A DNA stretch of 64,000 bases from Bacteroidia bacterium. GTDB lineage: Bacteria > Bacteroidota > Bacteroidia > UKL13-3. Every line of letters starts with the position of its first letter. The stretch's first letter is position 1. Shown here in pieces: positions 31,828-42,003 of the stretch. A program made the translations under genes and the position numbers. The DNA is taken from the NCBI GenBank assembly GCA_020049855.1, contig JAGVLJ010000017.1, forward strand, positions 1,239 to 65,238, in the 5' to 3' direction. The notes beneath the pieces were generated by a model. That model did not search any database, was not told the DNA's origin, and worked only from the letters and a program-made list of their open reading frames with translations.

Positions 31828-31891
31828 GAGAAAGAGCGGCAAAGGTACACCGATGTGGATGAATTCCAAATTCCCCGGCTTGCAAAAACAT

Positions 31892-31899
31892 TAAATTTG
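31892..31899 (+). promoter_or_regulatory. Bacteroidota-type -7 box TAAATTTG upstream of relA/spoT
   Basis: Exact TAnnTTTG match 19 nt upstream of the ATG at 31918; no good -33 TTTG, so weakly supported. Confidence 0.3.
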
Positions 31900-31917
31900 C
31901 ATCAAGAAGTAAAAAAA

Positions 31918-34140
31918 ATGCACCCAACCATTGATGTAGAGCAGGAAAACAAAGAGATAGTTAAACGCTACCGACACTTGCTGCGATCGTGCCGCAGGTT
32001 ATTGGAAAAAGGCGATAAGAAAAAAATAAGGGAAGCTTTTGAACTGGCAATGGATGCCCACAAGGGCATGCGAAGAAAATCTGGCGAACCTTATATCTTT
32101 CATCCGCTGGCAGTTGCTCAAATTGCTACCGAAGAAATAGGGCTTGGACCTACCTCCGTGGTTTGTGCGTTATTGCATGATGTGGTAGAAGACACACATT
32201 TCACCCTTGATGATATTAAACACCAGTTTGGGGATAAAGTAGTTCAGATTATTGACGGACTTACTAAAATATCCACTGTTTTTGATACAGAAACCAGTTC
32301 GATTCAGGCCGAAAATTTTAGAAAAATGCTACTCACCCTTTCGGATGATGTACGGGTGATTTTGATTAAACTGGCCGACCGGCTGCATAATATGCGCACT
32401 TTGGGTTCCATGTCGCGCAAAAATCAATTAAAAATAGCCTCCGAAACCAAATACATCTACGCCCCGCTGGCGCACAGGCTGGGGTTATATGCCATTAAAA
32501 CCGAACTTGAAGACCTTGCCCTTAAATATACGGAAGAAGATCAATTTAAATTTATTGCAGACAAACTCCAGGAAACTAAAACACAAAGAAATCGCTACAT
32601 AAAACAATTTACTGAACCTTTGATAGAAGAGCTCGACCAACAAGGCTTAAAGTACGAAGTAAAGGGACGGCCTAAGTCTATTTATTCTATCTACAATAAA
32701 ATGAAAAAGCAAAACATCCCTTTCGAGGAGGTGTATGATTTGTTTGCCATTCGGGTAATTATTGATACCCCGTTAGACAAAGAAAAATCTGATTGTTGGA
32801 AAGTTTATTCTATTGTTACCGATCATTACAGACCCAATCCCGATCGTTTAAGAGATTGGGTTTCTACTCCCAAATCAAATGGGTACGAATCATTGCACAC
32901 CACGGTAATGGGGCCGCAGGGGCGTTGGGTAGAAGTTCAAATTCGCACACAACGAATGGATGAAATTGCGGAGAAAGGGTTTGCCGCACATTGGAAATAT
33001 AAAGATAACGGAGCACCTACAACCAGTGATTTGGAGCGGTGGTTGGCACAGGTACGTGAAATTTTGGAAAACCCGGATTCGAACGCGGTTGATTTTCTTG
33101 ATGATTTTAAACTGAATCTTTTTGCTGAAGAGGTTTTTGTGTTTACACCCAAAGGAGAGTTACGGAAACTGCCTGCCAATGCTACAGCACTTGATTTTGC
33201 TTTTGATATACATACTTCGGTCGGATCAAAATGTATTGGAGCCAAGTTAAATAATAGATTGGTTCCCATTAATCATAAGTTATCAAATGGAGATCAGGTA
33301 GAAATAATTACTTCAAATAAGCAAAAGCCAAATGAAGACTGGCTTGCATTTGTAGTAACTGCAAAAGCCAAATCAAAAATTAAAGATTTTCTTAAAGAAG
33401 AAAAGAAAAAAATAGCGGAAGACGGAAGAGAAATTCTTGAGCGCAAGTTTCATCATCAAAAAGTGGAATTTAACTCTGAGAATATAAATCATGTATTGTC
33501 TTTTTTTAAACTTAAGGCTGCTATTGATTTATACTACCTGATTGCAACAGAAAAAATACGTAAGCAGGATATTGATGTAATTGCGATTCTGTCTCATGCA
33601 AATGAAAAAAAACAAGTAAGTACAGCGGTGAACGAGCCAACCGGAAACAGGAAAAAGGCTGGTATCAACGAATTGAAAGAAGACACCATTGTTATAGGAG
33701 AAGATTATGATTTTGATTATTCAACGGCTAAATGTTGTAATCCCATTCCGGGGGATGATATATTTGGATTTATCACTGTTGGAGAAGGAATCAAAATCCA
33801 TCGAACAAATTGTCCTAATGCGGTAGGGCTTATGTCTAATTATGGCTATCGCATTCTTAAGGCCAAATGGAAGAATTCACCAATAAAAAGTTCTAAGGCA
33901 TTTCTTGCCGGAGTACAAATACAGGGGATTGATAGTGTTGGGATTATCAGCACAATTACCGATATTATTTCAAAAGAACTGAAGGTGAACATGCAGTCTA
34001 TAACCGTTGAATCTCATGAAGGTAAATTTGATGGTAGGATAATGCTGTTTATTTATGATACTTCACATCTGGAAGAGTTAATTAATAAGCTTAAGGAGTC
34101 CAATCAGTTAATTCAGGTGAGTAGAATTGATGTGAATTAA
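31918..34140 (+). CDS. relA: Bifunctional (p)ppGpp synthetase/hydrolase RelA/SpoT (HD, synthetase, TGS, ACT)
   Basis: HD-domain motifs, RelA/SpoT synthetase, TGS and C-terminal ACT. The ORF-track start at 31822 overlaps the tRNA-Leu gene, so the start is moved to the in-frame Met MHPTIDVEQ. Confidence 0.9.
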   Translation: MHPTIDVEQENKEIVKRYRHLLRSCRRLLEKGDKKKIREAFELAMDAHKGMRRKSGEPYIFHPLAVAQIATEEIGLGPTSVVCALLHDVVEDTHFTLDDIKHQFGDKVVQIIDGLTKISTVFDTETSSIQAENFRKMLLTLSDDVRVILIKLADRLHNMRTLGSMSRKNQLKIASETKYIYAPLAHRLGLYAIKTELEDLALKYTEEDQFKFIADKLQETKTQRNRYIKQFTEPLIEELDQQGLKYEVKGRPKSIYSIYNKMKKQNIPFEEVYDLFAIRVIIDTPLDKEKSDCWKVYSIVTDHYRPNPDRLRDWVSTPKSNGYESLHTTVMGPQGRWVEVQIRTQRMDEIAEKGFAAHWKYKDNGAPTTSDLERWLAQVREILENPDSNAVDFLDDFKLNLFAEEVFVFTPKGELRKLPANATALDFAFDIHTSVGSKCIGAKLNNRLVPINHKLSNGDQVEIITSNKQKPNEDWLAFVVTAKAKSKIKDFLKEEKKKIAEDGREILERKFHHQKVEFNSENINHVLSFFKLKAAIDLYYLIATEKIRKQDIDVIAILSHANEKKQVSTAVNEPTGNRKKAGINELKEDTIVIGEDYDFDYSTAKCCNPIPGDDIFGFITVGEGIKIHRTNCPNAVGLMSNYGYRILKAKWKNSPIKSSKAFLAGVQIQGIDSVGIISTITDIISKELKVNMQSITVESHEGKFDGRIMLFIYDTSHLEELINKLKESNQLIQVSRIDVN

Positions 34141-34163
34141 TCCGCAATTCATAACTTGCGACC

Positions 34164-34679
34164 TTGTTTTGCCAAACAGTAATGCATAAAAACACCGAAA
34201 CAGATAAAACCAAAGAAACAGTAAAACGCCTTTTTACTGAGTATCTTGAACGAAATAAGCAACGTAAAACGCCAGAGCGTTTTGTAATACTTGATGAAAT
34301 TTACTCTAAAAAGGAGCACTTCGATGTTGAAACCCTTTATGTGCAAATGAAAAATCGAAATTACAGGGTAAGCAGAGCTACCGTTTATAATACATTGGAT
34401 TTGTTGCTCGATTGCGGATTGGTAATTAAGCATCAGTTTGGAAAAAATATTGCTCAGTTTGAAAGGGCATATGGGTATCGGCAGCATGATCATCTTATTT
34501 GTAATATTTGCGGAAAAGTAACAGAATTTTGCGACCCCCGCATTCAGCAAATTCAAACCATGATGGGAGATTTGCTTCACTTTAATGTTACCAATCATTC
34601 ACTCAACTTGTATGGTTCACCCAAGATTGATAAAGATGGTAAATGCATGAGTTGCCACAAACAGGTGAATATTGGATAA
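34164..34679 (+). CDS. fur: Fur-family transcriptional regulator
   Basis: Winged-helix N-terminus, HxH and CxxC…CxxC metal-site pattern (HDHLICNICGK … CMSC). Confidence 0.75.
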   Translation: MFCQTVMHKNTETDKTKETVKRLFTEYLERNKQRKTPERFVILDEIYSKKEHFDVETLYVQMKNRNYRVSRATVYNTLDLLLDCGLVIKHQFGKNIAQFERAYGYRQHDHLICNICGKVTEFCDPRIQQIQTMMGDLLHFNVTNHSLNLYGSPKIDKDGKCMSCHKQVNIG

Positions 34680-34691
34680 GAAAATCAAAAT

Positions 34692-35975
34692 ATGGTTGAC
34701 GTACTTTTAGGTTTACAATGGGGAGATGAAGGCAAAGGAAAAATAGCCGATTTTATTACGCCCCACTATGATATTGTTGCCCGTTTTCAGGGGGGGCCAA
34801 ATGCAGGTCATTCACTTGAAATTAACGGGATGAAACATGTGCTGAATACAATTCCGTCCGGAATTTTTCATCCCAATTGCATTAACCTTATTGGTAGTGG
34901 GGTGGTTATTGATCCGGTAAAACTCAAGGATGAGATTTCTAAATTGTACCCTTTAGGGGTTGACGTAAAAAAGAACCTGTTTCTTTCGAAAAGGGCACAC
35001 CTTATTTTGCCAACTCACCGTCTGCTTGACGCAGCATCCGAGCAATCAAAAGGGAAAAATAAAATTGGTTCTACCCTTAGAGGAATTAGCCCTTCATATC
35101 AGGATAAAACCGGACGCTCGGGTATAAGAGTGGGCGATATGAATCTTGCTACTTTTAAGTATAAATATGATGAAGTAAAACAACGCCATTTGTCTTTGCT
35201 CAGGTTCTATGGGTTTGACCTTACCGCTTCAAACTTGCAACAATTGGAAGATGATTGGTTTGCCGCTATTGATTATTTACGTGATTATGTTCAGGTTGAT
35301 AGTGAATATTACATTAATGAGGCAATGGTATCGGGAATGAAAATTTTGGCCGAAGGTGCTCAGGGAAGTATGCTTGATATTGATTTTGGAACTTATCCAT
35401 TTGTTACCTCGTCCAATACTATTACCGCTGGTGCTTGTACCGGTTTAGGGTTGGCTCCTCGCCACATCAATAGAGTGTACGGTATTTTTAAAGCCTATTG
35501 TACTAGAGTAGGTGGTGGCCCTTTCCCTTCAGAGCTTATTGATGAAACAGGGGAACTTATTCGAAAAAAGGGACATGAATTTGGAGCAACCACCGGCCGA
35601 CCCCGCAGAACAGGTTGGATTGACTTAGTTGCGTTGAAGTACGCAATTATGCTAAATGGGGTCACTCATGTATTTATAACAAAATCGGATGTATTATCCG
35701 GATTTACCGAGATAAAAGCTTGCGATAGATACTTGTCACACGGTGAGATTCTTTCAGGCGTTCCTTTTGAACTAAATGATGAAAGCCTAACTCCTTTATA
35801 TAAATCATTTAAAGGTTGGGACAAAGACCTAACAACTGCTAAACACGAATGTGATTTGCCTCTAAACTTTACTGAATATATTAGTTACCTTGAAAACGAA
35901 TTAGCAGTTCCAGTCAGTATTGTTTCTGTTGGCCCTGATAGGGATCAAACTATCATCAGAAAAGAGTTCCGATAG
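34692..35975 (+). CDS. purA: Adenylosuccinate synthetase
   Basis: N-terminal GLQWGDEGKGK P-loop and GTTGRG motif, 427 aa. Confidence 0.95.
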   Translation: MVDVLLGLQWGDEGKGKIADFITPHYDIVARFQGGPNAGHSLEINGMKHVLNTIPSGIFHPNCINLIGSGVVIDPVKLKDEISKLYPLGVDVKKNLFLSKRAHLILPTHRLLDAASEQSKGKNKIGSTLRGISPSYQDKTGRSGIRVGDMNLATFKYKYDEVKQRHLSLLRFYGFDLTASNLQQLEDDWFAAIDYLRDYVQVDSEYYINEAMVSGMKILAEGAQGSMLDIDFGTYPFVTSSNTITAGACTGLGLAPRHINRVYGIFKAYCTRVGGGPFPSELIDETGELIRKKGHEFGATTGRPRRTGWIDLVALKYAIMLNGVTHVFITKSDVLSGFTEIKACDRYLSHGEILSGVPFELNDESLTPLYKSFKGWDKDLTTAKHECDLPLNFTEYISYLENELAVPVSIVSVGPDRDQTIIRKEFR

Positions 35976-36015
35976 AATTTAACAGGATAAAATTGTTTTA
36001 ATTGGTGGGGGGATA

Positions 36016-36056
36016 TAAAAAAGAAAGCCCAGTTTATGGCTGGGCTTTCTTTTTTA
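36016..36056. terminator. Bidirectional intrinsic terminator between convergent purA and gldN
   Basis: aaaaaaGAAAGCCCAGtttatgGCTGGGCTTTCtttttt, a perfect 11-bp stem with flanking A- and T-runs. Confidence 0.7.
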
Positions 36057-36070
36057 TGAAACTTTATATC

Positions 36071-36964
36071 TTAATATTCCCAAAGGTCATGTTCAAAGAT
36101 AAAAAGTTCTTGTTTAATCCTATCTGCTTCAAGTAAAGCGGCAAGATTATCTTTTTCATATTCAGGCATGTTCTTTATGTAATAATCATACATATTTGAT
36201 TCCTTAATAATATAGCTTGAGAACAAGCGGTTTTCAAACCAATCATCGTAGGTTAATCGCATGGCATCATTAAAGCGATTGTAAAGTTGTTCATTAACCA
36301 AAATTTCCCTTAACTCGGAATACTTAATGGTGAAAAGTGGGTAAACCTCACCAGTGGCATCGCCATTTACTAAGAGGTCGGCAATCGGGGTAATAGCGAT
36401 AATTCGGGTAATAATTTTTCCATGGTTTTTGTCAAAAGCCCATTCTTCCATTACTCTGAATTTTTGAACGGTTGACCATCTTCTCGGCTCATCAATAGTT
36501 ACGGTTTTAGTGATAGCGGTGGTAGGATCAAAAGTTGGTAATAAAATATCTGGATTCTGTGCACTGTCAATTACTTCGCTTTGCGTTTGAATAGACGCTC
36601 TTTTTGAAGCTTCTTCGGGAGTTAAGGGCGTAATCATGGAGTCAGGGTCGGCATAAACATGAAGTTGACCGCTACGCGCATATTTCAACACTATATCGGC
36701 AAATGCATTCCTAGGCCAAGTCATTACCTTGTTATTCTTTTCGCGCAGGTCAATAATTCTCCAAACTCGCTTTCTGTATATCGCGTCAGCCTCTCTTAAA
36801 AAAGGCCATTGAACAACCATTCCATCAGGGAATCTGTTTTCGTTATAAAGAACGTTTTCCGAATATGGCTGTTGCTGCTGTGGTTCATTTTGGGCAACAG
36901 AAAACATCGGAACAGCGTTTAGAAATAATAGAAAGCCGGAGAATCTTTTAATAGTGCGTATCAT
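36071..36964 (-). CDS. gldN: Type IX secretion / gliding motility protein GldN (PorN)
   Basis: 297 aa with signal peptide, last gene of the K-L-M-N operon; GldN-family composition. Confidence 0.8.
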   Translation of the reverse strand: MIRTIKRFSGFLLFLNAVPMFSVAQNEPQQQQPYSENVLYNENRFPDGMVVQWPFLREADAIYRKRVWRIIDLREKNNKVMTWPRNAFADIVLKYARSGQLHVYADPDSMITPLTPEEASKRASIQTQSEVIDSAQNPDILLPTFDPTTAITKTVTIDEPRRWSTVQKFRVMEEWAFDKNHGKIITRIIAITPIADLLVNGDATGEVYPLFTIKYSELREILVNEQLYNRFNDAMRLTYDDWFENRLFSSYIIKESNMYDYYIKNMPEYEKDNLAALLEADRIKQELFIFEHDLWEY

Positions 36965-38550
36965 TACTTTATTTTTAAAAGAATCGAAGATTTGATGTTC
37001 ACTACACCAATTTTGGTACCAATAGCGTCCGCTTTGATATTGCTTATGATAAGCATGTCGCCTGCACGTGCACCACTTACCCCGTTAACAATATTACCAG
37101 GAAGGGTTTGCCCCTGAACTCCGTTAGCAATAATAGGATCGCCACCTTTGCGTGTTAAAATAGCATCGAATGAAAGCACTTTATAACGTATTCCTTCAAA
37201 GGCAAAGTCAGCCAAATCGCACACTACGTACGGCAAACCTTTTATTTCGCTTGGTGTGGCTGATGAGTTAATTATTTTACCAACCATTGGTGTTGGGCTA
37301 GGCACTTTCTTAACGCGGTATTTTTTAGATTCAACACGTTTAACAGTTCCGTCTTTACTTCTAACAGAAGCAATAATTTCTACTTCTTTTCCTCCGTCAA
37401 CCTGTAAATTCCAGTGTCCTTTTTGACCAGAAACAGGAATCATTCTTCCTCCAACGCAATTGGCAATAATCTGTTCAGGTGCACTGCCGGGAACAGAAAT
37501 AGCAATTGGATTATCAAGGCCAATATACACTACGTTCATTTTTTCAGCAGAAATGGTTGCCATTCCTTTGAATGCGGTGTATGCTAATTCGGCTGTTTTT
37601 TCCTCAACCGATCCATCCGGTTTACGAACATTAACAACTACCTTAAGTTTCTGCTCTCCTTCACTCGATGGGTTGGTTTTAAAAAGTCCTTTTCCATCCT
37701 TCACATCAATAGCACGTCCGTTAACAAACATTTCATTGTTTTTCTTTGAATCGTAAGCAGCAAGATAAATTTCAGCTTCAAATTCGCCACCAATTGGAAT
37801 AACGGTGCCTTTTGTTGGTACAGCTACAGCTATCGTTTGGTCAAATTTGATATCATCTTTGTTTATACCTTTAGCCAATAAGTCGAGCACTTGTGATTCA
37901 GTGTTTTTGCAGTCGTTCTTGATTTTTTCAATCATCGTTACAACCGCAGCCAATGGAGCATGTTCAAACATTTCCGATTCCCATGCTTGTTTTTGACCTC
38001 CGTGCGATGGAGGATCCGGGGTATATAAATCTGTTTTTACGTCCTTTTGCTCAGCCGGTGAAAGAAGTTTCAGCAATGCTTCACGTGTTGAATTTATTTT
38101 TTCTTTTAGCTTCTTACTTTCAGCACCACCATCTTTTTTAATAAAATGGAAAGCGTGTTTTTCGATATTATCTGGTTGAGCCAATTCTCTTTCAGCCTCT
38201 GGTAAGGCGTGATTGTCTTCATCGTCTTTCCTGCCTTCTGCTTGTTTAACAAGCATGGTTTTGATATTATCTAAGTAATCTGTTAGTTCTTTGGATACTT
38301 TACGAGCTTGCTGTGCCTTTTCGTAAAAAGGACGCGTTTTTTCAGCATTAATTGACATCTCTTTTTCCAAAGCTTTCATGGTCATGTTGTTTTTGTCGTC
38401 TATATTCTTACCCGACTTCATCATGCTCACTTCCACCATGTGGAATGCTTTTAGGATGTCTTTTGATACGTTCAATGCAAGCAAAGCTGTCAACACGAGG
38501 TACATCATGTTGATCATCTTCTGCCGCGGTGGTAATTTGCCACTTGCCAT
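36964..38550 (-). CDS. gldM: Type IX secretion / gliding motility protein GldM (PorM)
   Basis: 528 aa, single N-terminal TM then a long periplasmic domain; start codon overlaps the gldN stop. Confidence 0.85.
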   Translation of the reverse strand: MASGKLPPRQKMINMMYLVLTALLALNVSKDILKAFHMVEVSMMKSGKNIDDKNNMTMKALEKEMSINAEKTRPFYEKAQQARKVSKELTDYLDNIKTMLVKQAEGRKDDEDNHALPEAERELAQPDNIEKHAFHFIKKDGGAESKKLKEKINSTREALLKLLSPAEQKDVKTDLYTPDPPSHGGQKQAWESEMFEHAPLAAVVTMIEKIKNDCKNTESQVLDLLAKGINKDDIKFDQTIAVAVPTKGTVIPIGGEFEAEIYLAAYDSKKNNEMFVNGRAIDVKDGKGLFKTNPSSEGEQKLKVVVNVRKPDGSVEEKTAELAYTAFKGMATISAEKMNVVYIGLDNPIAISVPGSAPEQIIANCVGGRMIPVSGQKGHWNLQVDGGKEVEIIASVRSKDGTVKRVESKKYRVKKVPSPTPMVGKIINSSATPSEIKGLPYVVCDLADFAFEGIRYKVLSFDAILTRKGGDPIIANGVQGQTLPGNIVNGVSGARAGDMLIISNIKADAIGTKIGVVNIKSSILLKIK

Positions 38551-38591
38551 GTTCTGTTAACTCCTTTGTTTAAATTGTTAAACTTATTAAA

Positions 38592-39392
38592 TTAACCCTT
38601 TACAACCATAGCGCTTAGCATACCGCCATACACATTGTTGAGGCTTGTGAGGTTTTTAGATAATTTATCCATTTCCTGTTTGAAGGTAACAGCTTGTTGT
38701 TCTGTTTCAGAGAGGCTACTGATAACACCGGAAAGATTACCAACAAATGCATTGATAGTTTTGAGGTGATTATTTGATTCGGCAATCTCTAATTCATAAA
38801 TTGAATTTAACTGAGCCAGATTTTTAGAGATTTTCTCCATCTGATCACCATACTCACGAGAGTTAGAACTTGAAGCAGCCAATGTATTTAACGCATCAAC
38901 GGCACCAACGTAGGATGAATTGATGCCCTCAATTGATTTAGATGCTTTTTGAACATTAGAAACATATTCGTTCGTTGCCACAGAAGCATTAGAGAGGTCA
39001 GTAAGATTAGAAACATTTGAACTTAAGGTTTGTAAACCAGTCCCTAAACTACTGATTAATTCAGGGCTCACTTTGGCATCCTCGAGCATTTTGTCTAACT
39101 GCTGACTTACAGAGCCTTTGTTTTTAGCTTCCAGTTTACTAACATCATAATCCTCGGCTAATTCTGGATAAACACGAGACCAGTCAACTTCATCATGAAC
39201 CGGTTCAAATGCCGAAACTGTAAAAATCAAAGCTTCCGTAAGCAAACCCACTGTAAGCATGACGTCCGCTATTTTAAGGTGGAGAATCTTTGCCCACGCA
39301 CCCACAATTACCACAGCAGCTCCTAATCCATAAATTTTTGCCATCAATCTTTTGAAAGCCATTGATTCAAGAAATCCCTTTTTTTTGCTCAT
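38592..39392 (-). CDS. gldL: Type IX secretion / gliding motility protein GldL (PorL)
   Basis: 266 aa with two N-terminal TM helices and a conserved Glu in TM2 (…LTEALIF…), cytoplasmic C-terminus. Confidence 0.85.
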   Translation of the reverse strand: MSKKKGFLESMAFKRLMAKIYGLGAAVVIVGAWAKILHLKIADVMLTVGLLTEALIFTVSAFEPVHDEVDWSRVYPELAEDYDVSKLEAKNKGSVSQQLDKMLEDAKVSPELISSLGTGLQTLSSNVSNLTDLSNASVATNEYVSNVQKASKSIEGINSSYVGAVDALNTLAASSSNSREYGDQMEKISKNLAQLNSIYELEIAESNNHLKTINAFVGNLSGVISSLSETEQQAVTFKQEMDKLSKNLTSLNNVYGGMLSAMVVKG

Positions 39393-39466
39393 AATACTTA
39401 AGTGAATTTTTAGGTTATGTTAAACAATTATAAATTAATAGTAATGAATTAATTATTTAAAGATAA

Positions 39467-40783
39467 TTAATTTTTATCTTTAATAGAGCGACCCATAAAT
39501 GACATTACACAGCGGAAGCCGACAAATGACTTTGCTGAATCCTGATATTCGTAGGTACGGGTTGCTACGTTAATAAAGTGACCAATATCCTTCCACGACC
39601 CACCGCGAATTACTTTTCGTTTTAACGTCTCTGCGTCTCCGTTAGGGTTTTCCGCTTTGGTGGCCTGAGCTTCATATTCATAATCAGAGTTCATGTCGTC
39701 TGAGAAGAAGTTAGTTGAATTTTGGTACGCAGTGCGGGTCCATTCGGCAACATTGCCCGCCATGTCATAAAGCCCAAAGTCATTAGGGAAATATGTACCT
39801 ACATGAATTGGGTAAAAGCCTCCATCAGCAGGATAATCACCCCGACCCGGTTTGAAATTGGCGAGGAAACAACCTTTGCTATTGCGAATATAGGGACTAC
39901 CCCATGGGTACATATTTCCATCGCGTCCGCCACGAGCTGCGTATTCCCACTCATATTCGGTAGGCAAACGAAATGGTTCAACAATTGGCTCATCTATTTT
40001 ACCATAATAGGAGTTCATGTGCATTGTTCTCCAATTACAAAAAGCAGTAGCCTGACGCCAGTTAACTCCTACTACCGGATAGTTATCGTATTTTGGATGC
40101 CAAAAATACATTCTGGTCATTGGTTCATTAAATGAATAAGTAAAATCTCTAACCCAAACTAATGTATCAGGATAGATTTCAACACCACTGTCATCGTTTG
40201 CTTTTTCTCCTGCTTTACGAATAAAATCGGCACGATTTGCATCATAGCCTTTGCGTGGCGCTTTTGCCGCGGCAACCAAATCAACCCACTCATACCTGTA
40301 TTTTAGTTTACGCACATCAAGTTGTTTTACTTTATAGTGACGTTCACTTTCCGCATAAAACATGTCGTTTAAAGTTTCAATTGCGGCCGGGTCTTCCATG
40401 TCTAAGCGCTCATCATAATTAATATAGTGGTCTCCGTTCTCCTGCTCAATCCAGTAGGTTTCTCCCATAGTTTCACGGGCAATAGAGTCCACCACATGAT
40501 AAACAAACTGGCGATACTCGTTATTGGTAATTTCTGTATCGTCCATGTAAAACCCAACAATGGAGATTTGTTTATTTGGAGCCAGCTGAGAAGATAAAAT
40601 ATCTTGCTCATCCTGCCCGATATGGAAAGACCCTGTGGGCACATAGATGGTACCAAACGGTTGAGGATGGAACCAAACACTTCTTCCAGGTACACCAGTC
40701 AACTCACCACGATCATTGCTCAAACCGCAACTTACCAGCACGGTTACTGTGACCAGGATGAGGAATGAATTAACTATTTTCAT
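39467..40783 (-). CDS. gldK: Type IX secretion lipoprotein GldK (PorK), formylglycine-generating-enzyme-like fold
   Basis: Lipoprotein signal (…LVSCG), FGE-sulfatase-like motifs (RGGSW, GFRCV), 438 aa. Confidence 0.85.
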   Translation of the reverse strand: MKIVNSFLILVTVTVLVSCGLSNDRGELTGVPGRSVWFHPQPFGTIYVPTGSFHIGQDEQDILSSQLAPNKQISIVGFYMDDTEITNNEYRQFVYHVVDSIARETMGETYWIEQENGDHYINYDERLDMEDPAAIETLNDMFYAESERHYKVKQLDVRKLKYRYEWVDLVAAAKAPRKGYDANRADFIRKAGEKANDDSGVEIYPDTLVWVRDFTYSFNEPMTRMYFWHPKYDNYPVVGVNWRQATAFCNWRTMHMNSYYGKIDEPIVEPFRLPTEYEWEYAARGGRDGNMYPWGSPYIRNSKGCFLANFKPGRGDYPADGGFYPIHVGTYFPNDFGLYDMAGNVAEWTRTAYQNSTNFFSDDMNSDYEYEAQATKAENPNGDAETLKRKVIRGGSWKDIGHFINVATRTYEYQDSAKSFVGFRCVMSFMGRSIKDKN

Positions 40784-40819
40784 CTGCTTTGTTCTATGGT
40801 ACTTTTATGTTCAGTTTCG

Positions 40820-40850
40820 CAAATTTAGAGCTTGAAATCGAAATTCCAAA
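40820..40850 (-). promoter_or_regulatory. Candidate sigma-A promoter for gldK (TTTG-N19-TAAATTTG)
   Basis: On the minus strand: TTTGG, a 19-nt spacer, then TAAATTTG about 37 nt upstream of the gldK ATG. Confidence 0.4.
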
Positions 40851-40923
40851 TCCTTATCCATGTGGATAATATTTTTATTTCTGTGGATAAAACGGAAATT
40901 CACTAAATTTTATTGTTAATAAT

Positions 40924-41892
40924 TTACAAATATCTGGGCGTTAAGCGGATATTTGGAATTTTGGGTACTGGGGGCTTAAATTTAAAGCAATACGTAACAT
41001 AAATTTCGTGCGAACCTCCACTAAACTTACTCAACTGGCTTGTGGTAAAGTCATATGAATAACCTGCATGAAAGTTTTCGGTGAACTGATAGCCGATCAA
41101 GCCAATTAAGGCATCACCCGAGCGATATATTACGCCACCCCTTATTTTGTTGTTATATAATACAAAGGCATTTAAGTCAACCTGCATTTTTCCAGGAGCC
41201 TGCTTTATTAAAATATTAGGTTCAAGTGTAAGCGAAGAGGTGAGGTCTAAGGCAGCACCTGCCATCAAATAATAGTGAGTGGCTAACTTTGAGTCAACGG
41301 TATTACCATTAATGGTAGTATACGAAATGGTACTTTGCATTAGATGTGTAGCTGACAAGCCAGCATACACATTTTTTAGTCGACCAATGGAAGTGTTAGT
41401 GTAATAAACTCCTCCATTTATATCGGGGGCTGTCGCTGAAACTTTTGATATCGGGATTTTAGGGTCTCCCATTTGTTCCGGTTTTAGTTTAGTTCCATCA
41501 AGCGATTTCTGCATAAAACCTCCTGCCGCACCAACGGCCAAATTGCTTGTGCCTGCTGAATTTAGCTTAATTTTATATGCAAAAGAGAAGACCACATTTA
41601 AGGAATTTTCGTATCCCAATTTATCATTAATGAGTCCTAAGCCAACTCCAGCTCGTTGTTTTGCTATGGGGGAGTTGATATTTAATGTTTGAAATTCCGG
41701 TGCTCCAGCAAAACCAGACCATTGTTTTTTGTAAACCGAGGTAGCACAAACAGCATCTTTGCTTCCTGCATAGGCTGGGTTGTAAGCCATTTTGTTGAAC
41801 ATAAAGAAGGAGTAATACGGATCTTGCTGTGCATGTGATTTTGCTGCAAACAACAGAGCCACAAGGGCCAAGGCAAAGTATTTCCTGATCAT
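40924..41892 (-). CDS. porP: PorP/SprF-family type IX secretion outer-membrane protein
   Basis: Signal peptide and conserved N-terminal QQDPYYSFFMFNKMAYNPAYAG signature of the PorP/SprF family, beta-barrel C-terminus. Confidence 0.8.
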   Translation of the reverse strand: MIRKYFALALVALLFAAKSHAQQDPYYSFFMFNKMAYNPAYAGSKDAVCATSVYKKQWSGFAGAPEFQTLNINSPIAKQRAGVGLGLINDKLGYENSLNVVFSFAYKIKLNSAGTSNLAVGAAGGFMQKSLDGTKLKPEQMGDPKIPISKVSATAPDINGGVYYTNTSIGRLKNVYAGLSATHLMQSTISYTTINGNTVDSKLATHYYLMAGAALDLTSSLTLEPNILIKQAPGKMQVDLNAFVLYNNKIRGGVIYRSGDALIGLIGYQFTENFHAGYSYDFTTSQLSKFSGGSHEIYVTYCFKFKPPVPKIPNIRLTPRYL

Positions 41893-42003
41893 CTTAGCGT
41901 TTTTAACTGATTAAATGTGTAACGATAATTGCAAATATTAATTATTCTGCTTGGACAAGCAAGTTAGTATTAATAACATTAAAAAGCAAGGATGAAGAAA
42001 AAA

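Noticed and set aside
31822-31917. N-terminal 32-codon extension of relA/spoT in the ORF track
   Set aside because: It overlaps the tRNA-Leu gene on the opposite strand; the internal ATG at 31918 gives the conserved RelA N-terminus.
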